Source: Octopus sinensis | Taxonomy: Eukaryota | Direction of reading: 5' to 3' | DNA: 64,000 bases | NCBI RefSeq assembly: GCF_006345805.1 | Contig: NC_043004.1 | Location: forward strand, 59,024,001 to 59,088,000 | Part shown: piece after piece, positions 11,878 through 24,884 of the stretch | How positions within the stretch are numbered: the stretch's first letter is position 1 | Layout of the letters: every line of letters begins with the position of its first letter | Notes under the pieces: model-generated | The model's database searches: none | Told to the model about the DNA's origin: nothing | The model's input: the letters and a program-made list of their open reading frames with translations, nothing else | Position numbers and translations under genes: made by a program

Positions 11878-12521
11878 TGTGTATGAGTGTGCGTGTGAGT
11901 GTGAATTGTGTTTGTTTCCCACCATCGCTTGAAAACCGTCGCTGATTAGTTTACATCTCCCAAAACTTGCAGTTTAGAGATCGATAGAATAAGCACCAGG
12001 CTTTAAAATAATAATAACTTGTGTCGACTAAACCCTTTAAGCCGCTGCCCCAGTTTGGCCGCAGTCCAATGATTCAAACAGAAGTTAACAAGACGAAAGA
12101 TACGATATATATAATGTATAAAGCTACCACTTTTGCTATGAGCATGAAAATAGGCTGTCGACTTTCCATATTACGCAATTACGATGACTTATTTCATTGA
12201 GCATGACAAGACGAAAAATAAAGTTTACTCTTGGGGAATTTGGAAGATAAAAGAGCGAAAGAAAATATAAGCTATCGCTTAGGTAGAACCGCCATTTTTT
12301 CTGACTATTCAATGCCCTGCAAAAATAGATAAATAAAGAAATAAAATATATCGCATTAATCATTAAAGAAGACTGGAAACTAAACAGTTTTCTATAATTG
12401 CTCTTGCTTTGCCTCACCAGAGTTTTAATTTTATCGTCTGCTTTTTTCATTCTTTCCTTTCCATGCCATATTTCATAATTCATTTTTCTTCGAGCTTTAC
12501 ATTATTTACCTTTTGTTTAAC

Positions 12522-12733
12522 TTAACCCTTTGCCTGTCATGCATATCACATGTGATACAAAAGATATATTTCCCTGGCTCCAATGCATCATGCATAATAC
12601 ATATTCAAAATTGTTGCAACCAGTAGAGAAACTTACGATTTATGAAAAACAAAGGGGCTAAAAGTATGAAGAGAAGCATGGATATTTAGCACAAATAAAC
12701 TTATGATGATGCTTTAGACAGGCGAGGGATTAA
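12522..12733. mobile_element. piggyBac-like MITE
   Basis: TTAA-CCCTTTGCCTGTC ... GACAGGCGAGGGA-TTAA: imperfect 13-bp TIRs with TTAA on both sides. Confidence 0.5.
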
Positions 12734-13159
12734 CAGTTGATTGTTATTTGCAGCTTATGAAGACTAAATGCATTGAAAAGGACGTTAATTGACATTACTG
12801 TCAGTAAGAGAGCACAAATTCAAACACACAGTCCTCGGTGATATAATCGGTACAATCAATGATAATAGTTGAGGAGTGTCTTAGAGTACATTCAGCGTCG
12901 TGGTTATGTTTTGTTTAGTTCCCGATCACCGTTGATCGAATATACCTAATCGAGGATATTCCAACAGAGATCAGCCTGTTTTCTGATGTATTTTCTTGTC
13001 AATCATAGTGTACCTTTGACTATATTATCCAACACGACCTGCAATGTGTTTTTATGAAGATAAAACAGTGGTTATCAATCATTTTTATTTCATGGTTCAC
13101 TGCTGAGAATTAGATTTAAAAAGACAAACAAACAAAAGAACTCGTATGCTTTGTTTATT

Positions 13160-13336
13160 AATGGCTGCGTGGTGAAGAGGCTCGCTTTGCAACCACATGG
13201 TGTCGGTTTCAGTCCGGCTGCGTGGAACCTTGGGCAAGTGTCTTCTGGGATTGCCTTCGGCTGACCAATGCCTTGCGAGTAGATTTAGTGGATGGAAACT
13301 GTGTAGAAGACCATCGTCTGTGTGTGTGTGTGTGTA

Positions 13337-13378
<42 letters not shown>

Positions 13379-13787
13379 TACATCGATGCTATGTTTGTAT
13401 ATGTCCCAACTACCGCCTGATAGCCGATGCTGGTTTGCTCATATCCCCGTAAATTAGCGGTTCGGGAAAAGGGAACAAGGGAATAATTACCAGGGTTAAA
13501 AAAGAAAAACCAAAAATGTAATGGGGTCGATTTATTGGATTAAATATTTCAAGGTGGTGCCCCAGTATAGCCGTAGTCCAATGACTGAGACTAAAAAAGG
13601 ATAAAACGAAAAAGGGATAAACATGCGCAGGAGTGGCTGTGTGGTAAGTAGCTTGCTTACCAGGTTCCGGGTTCATTCCCACTGCGTGGCATCTTGGGTA
13701 AGTGTCTTCTACTATAGCCTCGAGCCGACTAAAACCTCGTGAGTGGATTTGGCAGACGGAAACTGAAAGAAGCTCATCGTACATATG

Positions 13788-13818
<31 letters not shown>

Positions 13819-14045
13819 TGTGTGTGTGTATGTTTGTGTGTCTGTGTTTGTTTCCCCAACATCGCTTGACAACAGATGGTTGTGTGTTTACGTCCCCGTG
13901 ACTTAGCGGTTCGACAAAAGAGGCCGATAGAATAAGTACTAGGCTTCCAGAGAATAAGTCCTGGGGTCGATTTCCTCGACTAAAGGCGGTGCTCCAGCAT
14001 GACCGCAGTCAAATGACTGAAACAAATAAAAGAAAAAAAAGAAAA
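13160..14045 (+). mobile_element. Two tandem family-A-type SINEs (13160-13610 diverged; 13622-14045)
   Basis: Each has a tRNA-like head, a central (TG/TA)n and the family tail. Confidence 0.9.
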
Positions 14046-14519
14046 AAGAAAAAAAGAAGCAATGCTTCAGAAGAGGAGTAAACTTTAATATGGATATTTT
14101 TTCTAAGATTGTGTATAATTTGAGGGGGATTTAGCTGCTATTACTAGCACGCTGTGAACCGGCAAATAGGGCATTGTTTCGTGTAGTAATGTAGTCATGT
14201 GTATATATGTTAGAAGAAAGCTGTTATTGTTTCTATGAATGTGTACACTTATGTGTGTGCGTGCGTGTGTACGTCTATGTAATGGAGAGTATGACAGTTT
14301 GCACTCGAATGATGTTAACGTGTGCATGAGTCAGTGTACACGCGTGTGTGTGTGTATGTGTAGGTGTACGTGTCTTGGTATGTGTGTATGTATGTGCGTA
14401 TGTGTATTCTTGTGTGACAGAGGAGTGGGAGGAAGAAAAGTGAGGACAGAGAATGGAAGATGGAAAAGGGGGTAAAGATGGCGGAGAAAAAGGGAGGCGG
14501 AAAGATGAGGCAAGAGAGA

Positions 14520-14526
14520 GAAAGAT

Positions 14527-14563
<37 letters not shown>

Positions 14564-14641
14564 GAGAGAAGAGAGAGAGAGAGATAGATAGATAGATAGA
14601 TAGATAGATGGATAGATAGATAGATTGATAGACAGATAGAG

Positions 14642-14710
<69 letters not shown>

Positions 14711-14799
14711 TATAGAGAGACAGATAGATAGATAGATAGATAGATAGAGAGATAGAGAGATAGATAGAGAGAGAGAGATAGATAGAGAGAGAGAGATAC

Positions 14800-14835
<36 letters not shown>

Positions 14836-15183
14836 TGTGTGTGTGTTTTAGTTGTTTCTGCCTAGGTTACAACTGCTCATCTGAAACAGTGGTGGCTCAG
14901 TCTTTTTTTCATCTGCCATAGTCTATCTTGGACTACAATAGCTAATGTGTTCTCGTTTTGTTTCTAAAGGCAACAGGGAAATGGGAAACGAGTCAAACTT
15001 GGCTACTCTTTCTTGCAGGTTGTGTACCCACGAAGAGAAGCCTCCTACTGTAATTTGAAAGAGTGAGAGAGAAGGAGGGGGAAATGGGAAAGAGAGAAAG
15101 AGGGAGAGTAAGAATGAGAACGAGATATAGAGTATTAAAGGAAAGCGAAAGTATAAAATGTGAAGGGAGGAAATTAACAGATT

Positions 15184-15270
<87 letters not shown>
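14520..15270. repeat. (GATA)n/(GA)n/(GT)n microsatellites (14520-14845; 15185-15270)
   Basis: Direct reading. Confidence 0.95.
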
Positions 15271-15271
<1 letters not shown>

Positions 15272-16142
15272 AGTGGAAACGATGCTGTGTTCTTGCAGAT
15301 TCAGCATTGATTTAATCGCGGTGTAGGTGTACATGCTTGTGTGCTGCATGCAGTGTATGATGCGTATATGCGTATACATGTGAGAGAGTGTGTCTCAGCG
15401 TGTATTTGTGTATTAGCGTCTTTGTGAACTAGTGTACTTGTGTATTTATGTGCGTGTGTATTTATGTGTGTGCCCGCGTATGTCTACGTCAACGCAAGGG
15501 AGCGCTGTGATGTCATGAATGATGAAAGGCAACAAAGGGAAAGTGATGGAAGAAGGGGGATTTAATACTTAGGAAACATGCTTTTACAGGAAAAGTGCAT
15601 GGCTAGCGAAGAGGGAAATTCTGTGTGGTTGTACAGCCTGCTAGAAATAGGAGCCAAATCTTCCCTAAATCACAAAGTACTGCTTTCCAAAACAAAAAAA
15701 GACACATTAGACCTCAATGCACTATTTTAGAAAAGAGAAGAAACGGACTAGATGGCCACGTCTGGAATGCTTTTAAGCATTGGTCTGCATTAACAACACC
15801 AATTTTTGCGTGGACACGTGAAAATGTGTGAGCCAATATGAAGTTGCTCAACTTGTTAGAAATAGACAACAAATTTCCCTGAAATCACATCATGGGGCAC
15901 AATGTATTCTTAAATACACTAATGTATAATGTACTCTTAGATATACAATGTCTGAAGACAGTGAAATACGTGATAGTCACGGCTGGAATGTATTTAATCA
16001 TGCCTACTCAATCACATCTGGTTTGCAGTTCAACAGCGACAGGTACAGCATCGGTTTTTCAGAACCTTTGGATCCAAAGCCTTGCCGGACTACTGATTTT
16101 TTCCGGACCAAGGGTGGTCATCTTCTTCAACATTTTTCAAAC

Positions 16143-16265
16143 CAGTGGGCCTCAGCCGGGGTCCATAAGACCCATGAGTGGTCAGTATGAGATTTTGTTG
16201 TTAAAGTTTATGAACAATAAAATGGTTGTCGTTCTACAATGCACAAAATATTTTAACAATTTTTA
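16143..16265 (+). mobile_element. hAT-like MITE left end, interrupted by a SINE
   Basis: CAGTGGGCCTCAGCCGGGGTCCATAAGACCC resembles CAGGGGTTCTCAACC-type hAT termini; no right end found. Confidence 0.35.
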
Positions 16266-16876
16266 TACAAAATTCTTTTATTTTTACTTTTTTGTCAGTC
16301 ATTTGACTGCGGCCATGATGGAGCACCACCAATACTCAAACAAATCGACCGCAGAACTTACACTTTGTATGCCTAATACTTATTCTATAGGTCTGTTTTG
16401 TTGAACCGCTAGGTTACGGAGACGTAAGCACATCAACATCGGTTGTCAAGCGATGGTGGGGCGACAAAAACAGACGCACAAATACATGCATACATACATA
16501 TATACATATATACATACATACATATATACATATATACATATATCATACATACATATCTACATAACATACATATATACATACATACATATATACATTAACA
16601 TACAACATAATAATACATACATACATTACATACTACATACATACATACATACATACATACATACATAATACATACATACATACATAATACATATATACAT
16701 ACATCATCATACCTAACATACATATATACATACATACATATATACATACATACATATATACATACATACATATATACATACATACATATATACATACATA
16801 CATATATACATATATACATACATACTAATACATACATACATACAATACATACATACATACATACATACATAATACA

Positions 16877-16910
<34 letters not shown>

Positions 16911-16966
16911 CATATATCATACCTACATAAACATACATACATACTATTACATAATACATACATACA

Positions 16967-17002
<36 letters not shown>

Positions 17003-17285
17003 CATACATACATATATACTACATACATACATACATACATACATACATACATACACACATACATACATGCATATATACATACATACATACAGACATACAT
17101 ATATACATACATACATATATACATACATACACACATACATACATGCATATATACATACATACATACATATATACATACATAATACATACATAATACATAC
17201 ATAAATACATACATACATACATATATACATACATACATACATATATACATACATACATTTATACATACATACATACACACATACA

Positions 17286-17319
<34 letters not shown>

Positions 17320-17450
17320 CATACATACATACATTTATACATACATACATACATAATACATACATACATACATACATACATACATACTACGGGCTTCTTT
17401 TAGTATCCGTCTACCAAATCCACTCACACGGCTTGAGTCGGCTCGAGGCA
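16265..17450 (-). mobile_element. SINE family A split by a ~900-bp (CATA)n expansion (16480-17388)
   Basis: Tail at 16265-16480 and the continuing body (GGGCTTCTTT..CTACCAAATCCACTCAC) at 17388-17450 are colinear across the microsatellite. Confidence 0.8.
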
Positions 17451-17810
17451 TGAGTATCAAAACCTCCCCAACAATTCTAAGCCAGCATAATAAAGGGACA
17501 GCAAAGAGAAAAGAATCAATGACTAAAAATAAACATGCTGAGAATTGAAATAGCCAACAACCACCGACTCTAATGGATCTCCGCAAATCACAGTTCAAAT
17601 AATTGAAATAGGTCAAAAAATTTCGCAAGTATTTGTGACTTGGATGATCCTAGTAAATAACGAGTGAGTACCTGTATGTGTGTGTACGTGTGTGTGTGTG
17701 TGCCTGTCAATGTGTACACACACACAGCCACATATTACAACAGCATTTTATATTGTTACCCAAGGTTTCGTAGCTACAACGCCAAAGCCTTGCGGACAGC
17801 TCCTCAGACT

Positions 17811-17860
<50 letters not shown>

Positions 17861-18703
17861 AGAGGGGAGAGTGAATAGATTCTTATTGCTTCGCTTCATC
17901 TCCGCCCCCATGCCTGCTCTTTTCTTTTAGTGTTCTGCTTTGTTATAGCCATTAAGGACTCTTACGAAAGTAGCATTAATTTTTTAGGGCTTTCAATTTT
18001 TTTCTCAACCGACCAATGAACCAATTGAACAAATCTATCAATAACGAACCTATAATGACTATTGGAAATAGTATGCTTGAAGCGACGATACCTTCAAAAA
18101 CTACTAAATATACACATGACTGAAAGTAGGCTAGTTAGGGAAAATTAAAAAGACCTCACGTTAATTGTGAATTGGTTCCAGTTTCTGGATTAGAGCAAAC
18201 AATAAACGGAGGGATATATTAGTCCAAATAATTGTATATACCGTCCAAAGCAAGTTCACAAGTCTACATACAAATATTTGCACATGTAGATCCAAGGAAA
18301 GTCAATTTTTAAATCCCTCACGACAGCCACATGCATATTATAGGAATAGTCAAGCAGTAAATGCTATTCTGGCCAAGAGTAAAAATATTTTATTTAAATT
18401 ATTTATCAATTCATAAAAGGATAGAAATCGCGTTAATGATTTTTATCAAGTAGTTAGCATGCTATAAACATTTATAGGCAATTAATTCATTAAATTAATA
18501 ATAATGTACATATGTATATAATTATATCAAGTGAGCTAGGGCGAAAATGACATGGCTCCAACATGCTTGATGTGCCGATACTTTCAAAAACTACTCAAAA
18601 CTCCAGGTAAATAACATGTTTTAATTGCCTATAAATTTTTATAGCCTGCTGACTACTTCATAAAAATCATTCCCATGATTTTTATCCTTACATTCTTTTA
18701 TTA

Positions 18704-18745
<42 letters not shown>

Positions 18746-18814
18746 GCACACACACACATGTATATATATGTGTATATGTATATATATATAAGTATGTATG
18801 TATATATATATATA

Positions 18815-19185
18815 TAGGAGTGGCTATGTGGTAAGTAGCTTGTTTATCAACCACATGGTTCCGGGTTCAGTTCCTTGGGCAAGTGTCTTCTACTATAGCC
18901 TCGGGCCGACCAAAATCTTGTGCGTGGATTTGGTAGACGAAAACTGAAAGAAGCCCGTCGTATATATGTATATATATATATATATATGCGTGTGTGTGTT
19001 TGTGTCTGTGTTTGCCTCCCTAGCATGCTGGTGTGTTTATGTCCCCGTTACTTACCGGTTCGGCAAAAGAGGCCGATAGAATAAGTACTGGGATTACAAA
19101 AGAATAAGTCCCGGGGTCGAGTTGCTCGATTAACGGTGGTGCTCCAGCATGGCCGCAGTCAAATGACTGAAACAAGTAAAACAGT
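18815..19185 (+). mobile_element. SINE family A, full length
   Basis: Head AGGAGTGGCTATGTGGTAAGTAGC to tail GACTGAAACAAGTAAAA. Confidence 0.9.
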
Positions 19186-19579
19186 ATATATATATATATA
19201 TATATAACAAAAGGTGATATTTATTCCCACTTGAAAGCGGATGTCGTGTTTGAACACAGAATACTGCGATAGTTACCATGAGAAGCTCTCATAGAGATTT
19301 GTGGTGTATATACCACTAGCGGGAGATAATCAATTGCCATCGACGCCGCCAGGGCTACCAGATCGCGTAATTACAACCTTCCTTAGTCTTGTCAGTGGCA
19401 GACGCCCGGTGGCTGAAAATAGCAGCAATTCCTCTACTAGGGATATACAGAGAATCTCAGTGCTTAATGAGGCACTGATATTGCAGATAGCCGGTAGGCT
19501 ACATGCATACATACATACATACATACATACATACATACATACATACATACATACATACATACGTACATACATACATACA

Positions 19580-19615
<36 letters not shown>

Positions 19616-20043
19616 TGTATACACACATATATTTATGTACATAAAGAAGAATGCAGAGTTATAGATCATTAAAATATATTTCATTAGAACTTTTTTACAT
19701 ATTAAATTCCGACACGTGTTTCTGTTGTACTCTTAGGATTCTTAGATCCGATAGTCCCGTGCATTTAATCAATCTATATGAAATCAATTATAGTACGAAT
19801 TCTGATTCAAAGATTGACATTCTTATACAACTTTTTTTCCTAGGTGTTTCCAATATTGTTGAATGAAGCAAACTGAAGTTTCTAGTATCAACGATTAATT
19901 TCTAACATATCAGTGGTGAGGGAAGATGAGAGATTGGGGAAAAAAGATAGTGGTGATTGTAATAAACATATATATATTATACAGCAGAAACACGTGTCAG
20001 AATTTAATATTCTTCTATTTGTTTCAGTCATTAGATTGCAGCC

Positions 20044-20110
<67 letters not shown>

Positions 20111-20121
20111 CACACACACAC

Positions 20122-20212
<91 letters not shown>

Positions 20213-20215
<3 letters not shown>

Positions 20216-21015
20216 CTAGCTGAGGTACCCGGTAAATTTTGCTTGTGAAATAAAATGGTTTCTCCTAATCAAAACCTGAAACTCTGGGGAATTAAAACGA
20301 CGAATTGAAATAATAAGTTTCAGCAGGAGTGGCTGTGTGGTAAGTAGTTTGCTTACCAACCACATGGTTCCGGGTTCAGTCCCGCTGCGTGGAATCTTGG
20401 GCAAGTGTCTTCAACTATAGCCTCGGGCCAACCAAAGCCTTGTGAGTGGATTTGGTAGACGGAAACTGAAAGAAGCCCGTCGTATATAGTTTGTATATAT
20501 ATGTTTGTATATATATGTTTGTATGTCTGTGTTTGTCCCCCTAGCATTGTTTGACAACCGATGCTGGTGTGTTTACGTCCCCGTCACTTAGCGGTTCGGC
20601 AAAAGAGACCGATAGAATAAGTACTGGGCTTACAAAGAATAAGTCCTGGGGTCGATTTGCTCGACTAAAGGCGGTGCTCCAGCATGGCCGCAGTCAAATG
20701 ACTGAAACAAGTAAAAGAGTAAAAGAGTAAATTAAAACAATTCGCATTGAAATGAAAAATTAGCAAATGCTGAATAGATTTCCGTTAATAGGCTGTCTTT
20801 TTCTACTCGTGAAACAGTTTTTGTCAAATTTCGGCATTTTTCGTCAAATTGATGTTACGACGGCTAGTGCGAAAAATGCCGAAATTTTACGAATTTTGAA
20901 AAATCAATGCTGATTAAAAATTGATTTTAAGTGTAAGCGACCGCATGGGTATAAGCGCCACACACGTGTCAAGTTTCATCAAGGTCCGTTGGATAGTCTC
21001 AGAGGAGTTAATGTA
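20213..21015 (+). mobile_element. Non-autonomous Helitron-like (Lep1/DINE-type) element interrupted by SINE A (20322-20725)
   Basis: Starts ATACTAGCTGAGGTACCCGG after a microsatellite; 3' part has AAGTTTCATCAAGGTCCGTTGGATAGT; internal 18-bp perfect hairpin 20826-20887. Confidence 0.45.
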
Positions 21016-21062
21016 ACAAATTCACAAAAACAGCAACCATTACACACACATACACACACACG

Positions 21063-21096
<34 letters not shown>

Positions 21097-21243
21097 TGTA
21101 TGTAGTATGTATGTATGTATGTATGTATGTAGTATGTATGTATGTATGTATATATATGTATATATATGCATGTGTATATATGAATGTATATATATATATG
21201 TATATATATATATGTGTGTGTTTATACATATATATATATATAT

Positions 21244-21281
<38 letters not shown>

Positions 21282-21655
21282 ACTCTATATGAGCATGATT
21301 GCTTGTGTAAGTATATGTATATGTGTGTGTGTATGTGTGTGTTCGTTAGAGAGAAAAATAGACCGAGGGCGAGTAAGAAAGATTCTTCCGTTTAGTTTCA
21401 TTATCATAGAGATAGCATTCTCGCATCTTCAATTCCTCTGTAGACAGACCGTAGAGATTATACAGTCATCAAAATGTAGGTAACTTACACAGCAGTAATG
21501 TGTTGTCGTATCACTAGCTCAGTGACTGTCCATTACAGTCACAATGTTGCTACTACTCCTGCTGCTGTTGTTACTAAAGTTCTGTACTCATTACAATAGC
21601 TGTTCATATTGATGTGACTCCCTCTGGCTTTCATATAGTAGTAGTAGTAGTAGTT

Positions 21656-21700
<45 letters not shown>

Positions 21701-21900
21701 TATAGTAGTAGTACTGATAGTAGTAGTAGTAGTAGTAGTTGTTGTTGTTGTTGTTGTAGTTGCTGTTTTTGGTAGAAGTATTTTCAGTATAGGTGGCGCC
21801 AGTGGTAGAAGTGGTTGTAGACGTTGTAGTACCGGTAGTGGTGATAGTAGATGCAGCTGTTGTTGTAACTGCTGCTGCTGTGGTTGGTGTTGCCAATAAT

Positions 21901-22250
21901 GTTTTCAAATTTTTGGTACAGGAAGGGGCAGTCGATTACATTTAACCCTTTCCTTAACTGGTACTTATTTTATTAAATCTGAAAGGTTGAAAGGCAAAAT
22001 CGACCTCGGCGGAATTCGAACTCAGAACGTAGTGAACCAGAAGGTATTCCACAAAGCATTTCGTCCAATGCGCTAACGAGTTGTTGTAGTTGTCGAAAAT
22101 CTTTTCTACAACAGGCCTGAGACTTTGGTTAGAGGTGGGGGGGGGGGGGTAAACCATAACAACCCCACTGCTCAACTGGTACTTATATTATCGATTCTGA
22201 AAGGGTGAAAAGTAATGTTAACCTTGGTGAAATTTGAATTCAGAATGTAA
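21901..22250 (-). mobile_element. Two tandem diverged copies of tRNA-headed SINE family E
   Basis: AACTGGTACTTATTTTAT..GAAAGG.TGAAAGGCAAA.TCGACCTCGGCGGAATT.GAACTCAGAACGT blocks. Confidence 0.8.
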
Positions 22251-22439
22251 ACATGAAATTAATTACTGAGGAATCATACGAACAGCTTATCTCACACACG
22301 TACGAATTGTCTTCCATGACGTATATTAAAAGAACGAGTCGTGTAAGCAAATGGTTGTTCTCTTCATTAAAGATGCCTACCATATCAGTAACAATTCTTT
22401 AGTGTGCTACATAAAATATAGCAGTGTCCACTTAACTAA

Positions 22440-22915
22440 TATGTTTCCATTCACCATGTATCTTACTTGACTGATAAGGGTACACCAGGCACATGCTTCA
22501 CAACCACGTGAGCGTGACATGGGTGAACTCATATCAAGATAAGCAACGCATGACTTTGCAAGTTAGAATTTTCAATAGGTCGAGTAGCCCATCCCGTTCA
22601 AAAGGTCCCTTCGTATGAGATTGCTTAAGGATGATGAACGAAATACTCATGTTTCCAGAGGTAATTGATTCAAATCCCAAAGAATTCTTCTCAACACTTG
22701 TCTATGATGCTCACCAACTACTTCTGCTCGTGATCAGCAATGCACATCTCGTCAGTCACTACTGGTTAAGGTCAAACAACTGACAAGCAAATCTATGGTA
22801 TTGAGCAGAATATTTGCTGTAACCCATCTTTTATGCCAAGGCAAAACGTATAAATGTTAATACTTTCAATCAGTTAAGATCAGAAGGCATGTGAGCCTCC
22901 TGATCTTAAGCCTGG
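22440..22915 (-). mobile_element. Diverged copy of the (ATT)n-flanked non-coding element at 28893-29585
   Basis: Shares CTGATAAGGGTACACCAGGCACATGC..GGTTAAGGTCAAACAACTGACAAGCAAATC..CAGTTAAGATCAGAAG. Confidence 0.85.
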
Positions 22916-22959
22916 AATCAAAAGTTGGATCAGTTAGTAAAGCAACTTCGCTTTTCCTC

Positions 22960-23730
22960 ATCTATTATCGTCATATCTGGTTTATTATTTTCTAGCTTCT
23001 TAACCGTTTGAATGGGAAAAGTCCCATAAAACATTGAATTTCTCCGACTCCAGCATTCTTTCGACCCGATGCTCATACCATATACCTTCAGCTTCAAATC
23101 CTCCTTTCCGATAAGTCTTCCACTGTAGAACTTTCACAACTTTGTTCATGCCTCTATTTCTTACAGTTTTTATATTCTCTCTGGGCCAACTTGAAACATT
23201 CTGCAACAATGTATGCCACTGCCTCATTCCAAATTCCACATTTTTCTCATACCTCCCCATACACATATTTTCTCAAGTGTTTTGTTCATAACGCTTGATC
23301 TTGAGCTGCTATAATAAGGCTCTCCGTTTCTTTTTTTCTTTTATGTTGTCTTGAGATTTAGTGACAAGTTTTCTCAAGTCTCAAGAATATTTTTTTTAAG
23401 ATCCTTACTGAATACAGGATTGCATTTTCTGCAGATAGACAATGCGAGTTTCCAAATTCAAAATACTTTGTAGGTGGCAGGATGAGTGTTGAAGCAAGAC
23501 CACTGATCACTACGGAAGTAATTGTCTTAGTCTTCCACAATTTCTTCCTTTCACTGGCTAGATCCTGAAATTGCACAATTTCAAAAATTTCTTTCGTACC
23601 TATCCTGTTATCATATAGGATTATAAATGTATGATTTTACACTGTTTGTTTCTGTTTTCCTCTATGATAATATCTAGTCTCTTTGCTTCAATAACATGGT
23701 CAGTCTCTTTGGGAAAGTATTATTATATTT
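22960..23730 (-). mobile_element. Two decayed R4/Dong-like RLE fragments
   Basis: WYEHRVERMLESEKFNVLWDF (23000-23266) and TDHVIEAKRLDIII..CKII / KKLWKTKT..VVISGL..AILYSVRILKKI (23370-23730); the two pieces are not in native order. Confidence 0.7.
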
Positions 23731-24884
23731 GTGTTTTGGGCTGATGGAGTGTTCAAACTAATCCGAGGTGTTTTAAATTCACCACTCCTCGATTTAATGT
23801 AATAAAGAATGTTTGGATAAGTTTACAGACAGAAGACTTTTGAACAATTTCAGCAACAACCCAACTTTATATCTGGGTGGGAAAAGGGTATGTGTTCAAA
23901 CATTTTACGGTTTTATATTTTATAACATTTCACTTGCACGTACTTCAATATGGCTTCTTGTATTGGAGTAGCCAGATGAAGTGCCTGTCGAAGCGCTAGT
24001 ATCAACAACGTAAACAGAAACGCCTGCAGCAATGAAAAATTGTGAAAACTATATAAATAAAAGCACAGATCATAAAATATAGTGGGGGAAAAAACAGAGA
24101 AAATAACGTTAACAACTTTGAGCAGAAACACATGGAGAAAAAATAATGACTTTGTGATAGATAACACAGTATTAATATTGGCTTCAGCATTTGCAGCGAT
24201 AAGACAAGCAACAACGATAACAACATCCTCTCTCCCTCTCTCCTCTCTCTCTCTCTCTCTCTCCACATACACACAAACATACATACACATACGAACACAC
24301 ATACATACACAGATACACGCACGAACACACATACACACGCACACACAAATTCATATTTTGCCAAACGAAAATAACTCTGGAGCATGGAGCATCTGGCGGA
24401 AAGAATAATAGTGTGTCAGCACAATGTAACCAAAACTGAAGTCATTTTTTTTGCTAGAAGTTATCACAGAAGCTATAGAAAGGAGGATAAACGACCTATT
24501 TGTGTACGTGCGTGCGCGTGTGTGTTTGTGCGTGCATGTGTGTGTGTGTATCTGTGTGTGTGTGTTTGTGTGCGTGCGTGTGTGTATGCTTGCTTTGCCA
24601 AAGCTACAGTGGATTTTTCATGCTTCAAAATAACTGTGGATTGAGTTCTCCCATATTATCGGATGAAACAATATGTATGCTTTCTAGAACTGAGTGCAGG
24701 AGAGATAGTGGAAGTAATATGTCACATGCCGGCCATTAGGTAAAACTTCACTAAATATATGGAACAAGATATATTAACGAATATATGAATCGAAGAAACA
24801 GGAGATTCATCGTGATAGATAACGGAGATGTCATTTGACCCATGAGTCGTCGTATCTTTTGTGGCGCAATATGGGTCATCGTAG

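Noticed and set aside
15892-16404. 170-aa ORF, the longest mostly non-microsatellite ORF on the plus strand
   Set aside because: It runs through an old interspersed repeat, a hAT-like end and a SINE tail; chimeric and no recognisable domain
18073-18595. 33-bp imperfect direct repeat ATGCTTGA..CGATAC.TTCAAAAACTACT, 490 bp apart
   Set aside because: Too short, no TG..CA ends, TSD or internal coding; cannot support an LTR call
21591-21908. Thr/Ala-rich mucin-like ORF
   Set aside because: Degenerate (TAG/TTG/CTG)n tract continuous with a pure microsatellite and a SINE
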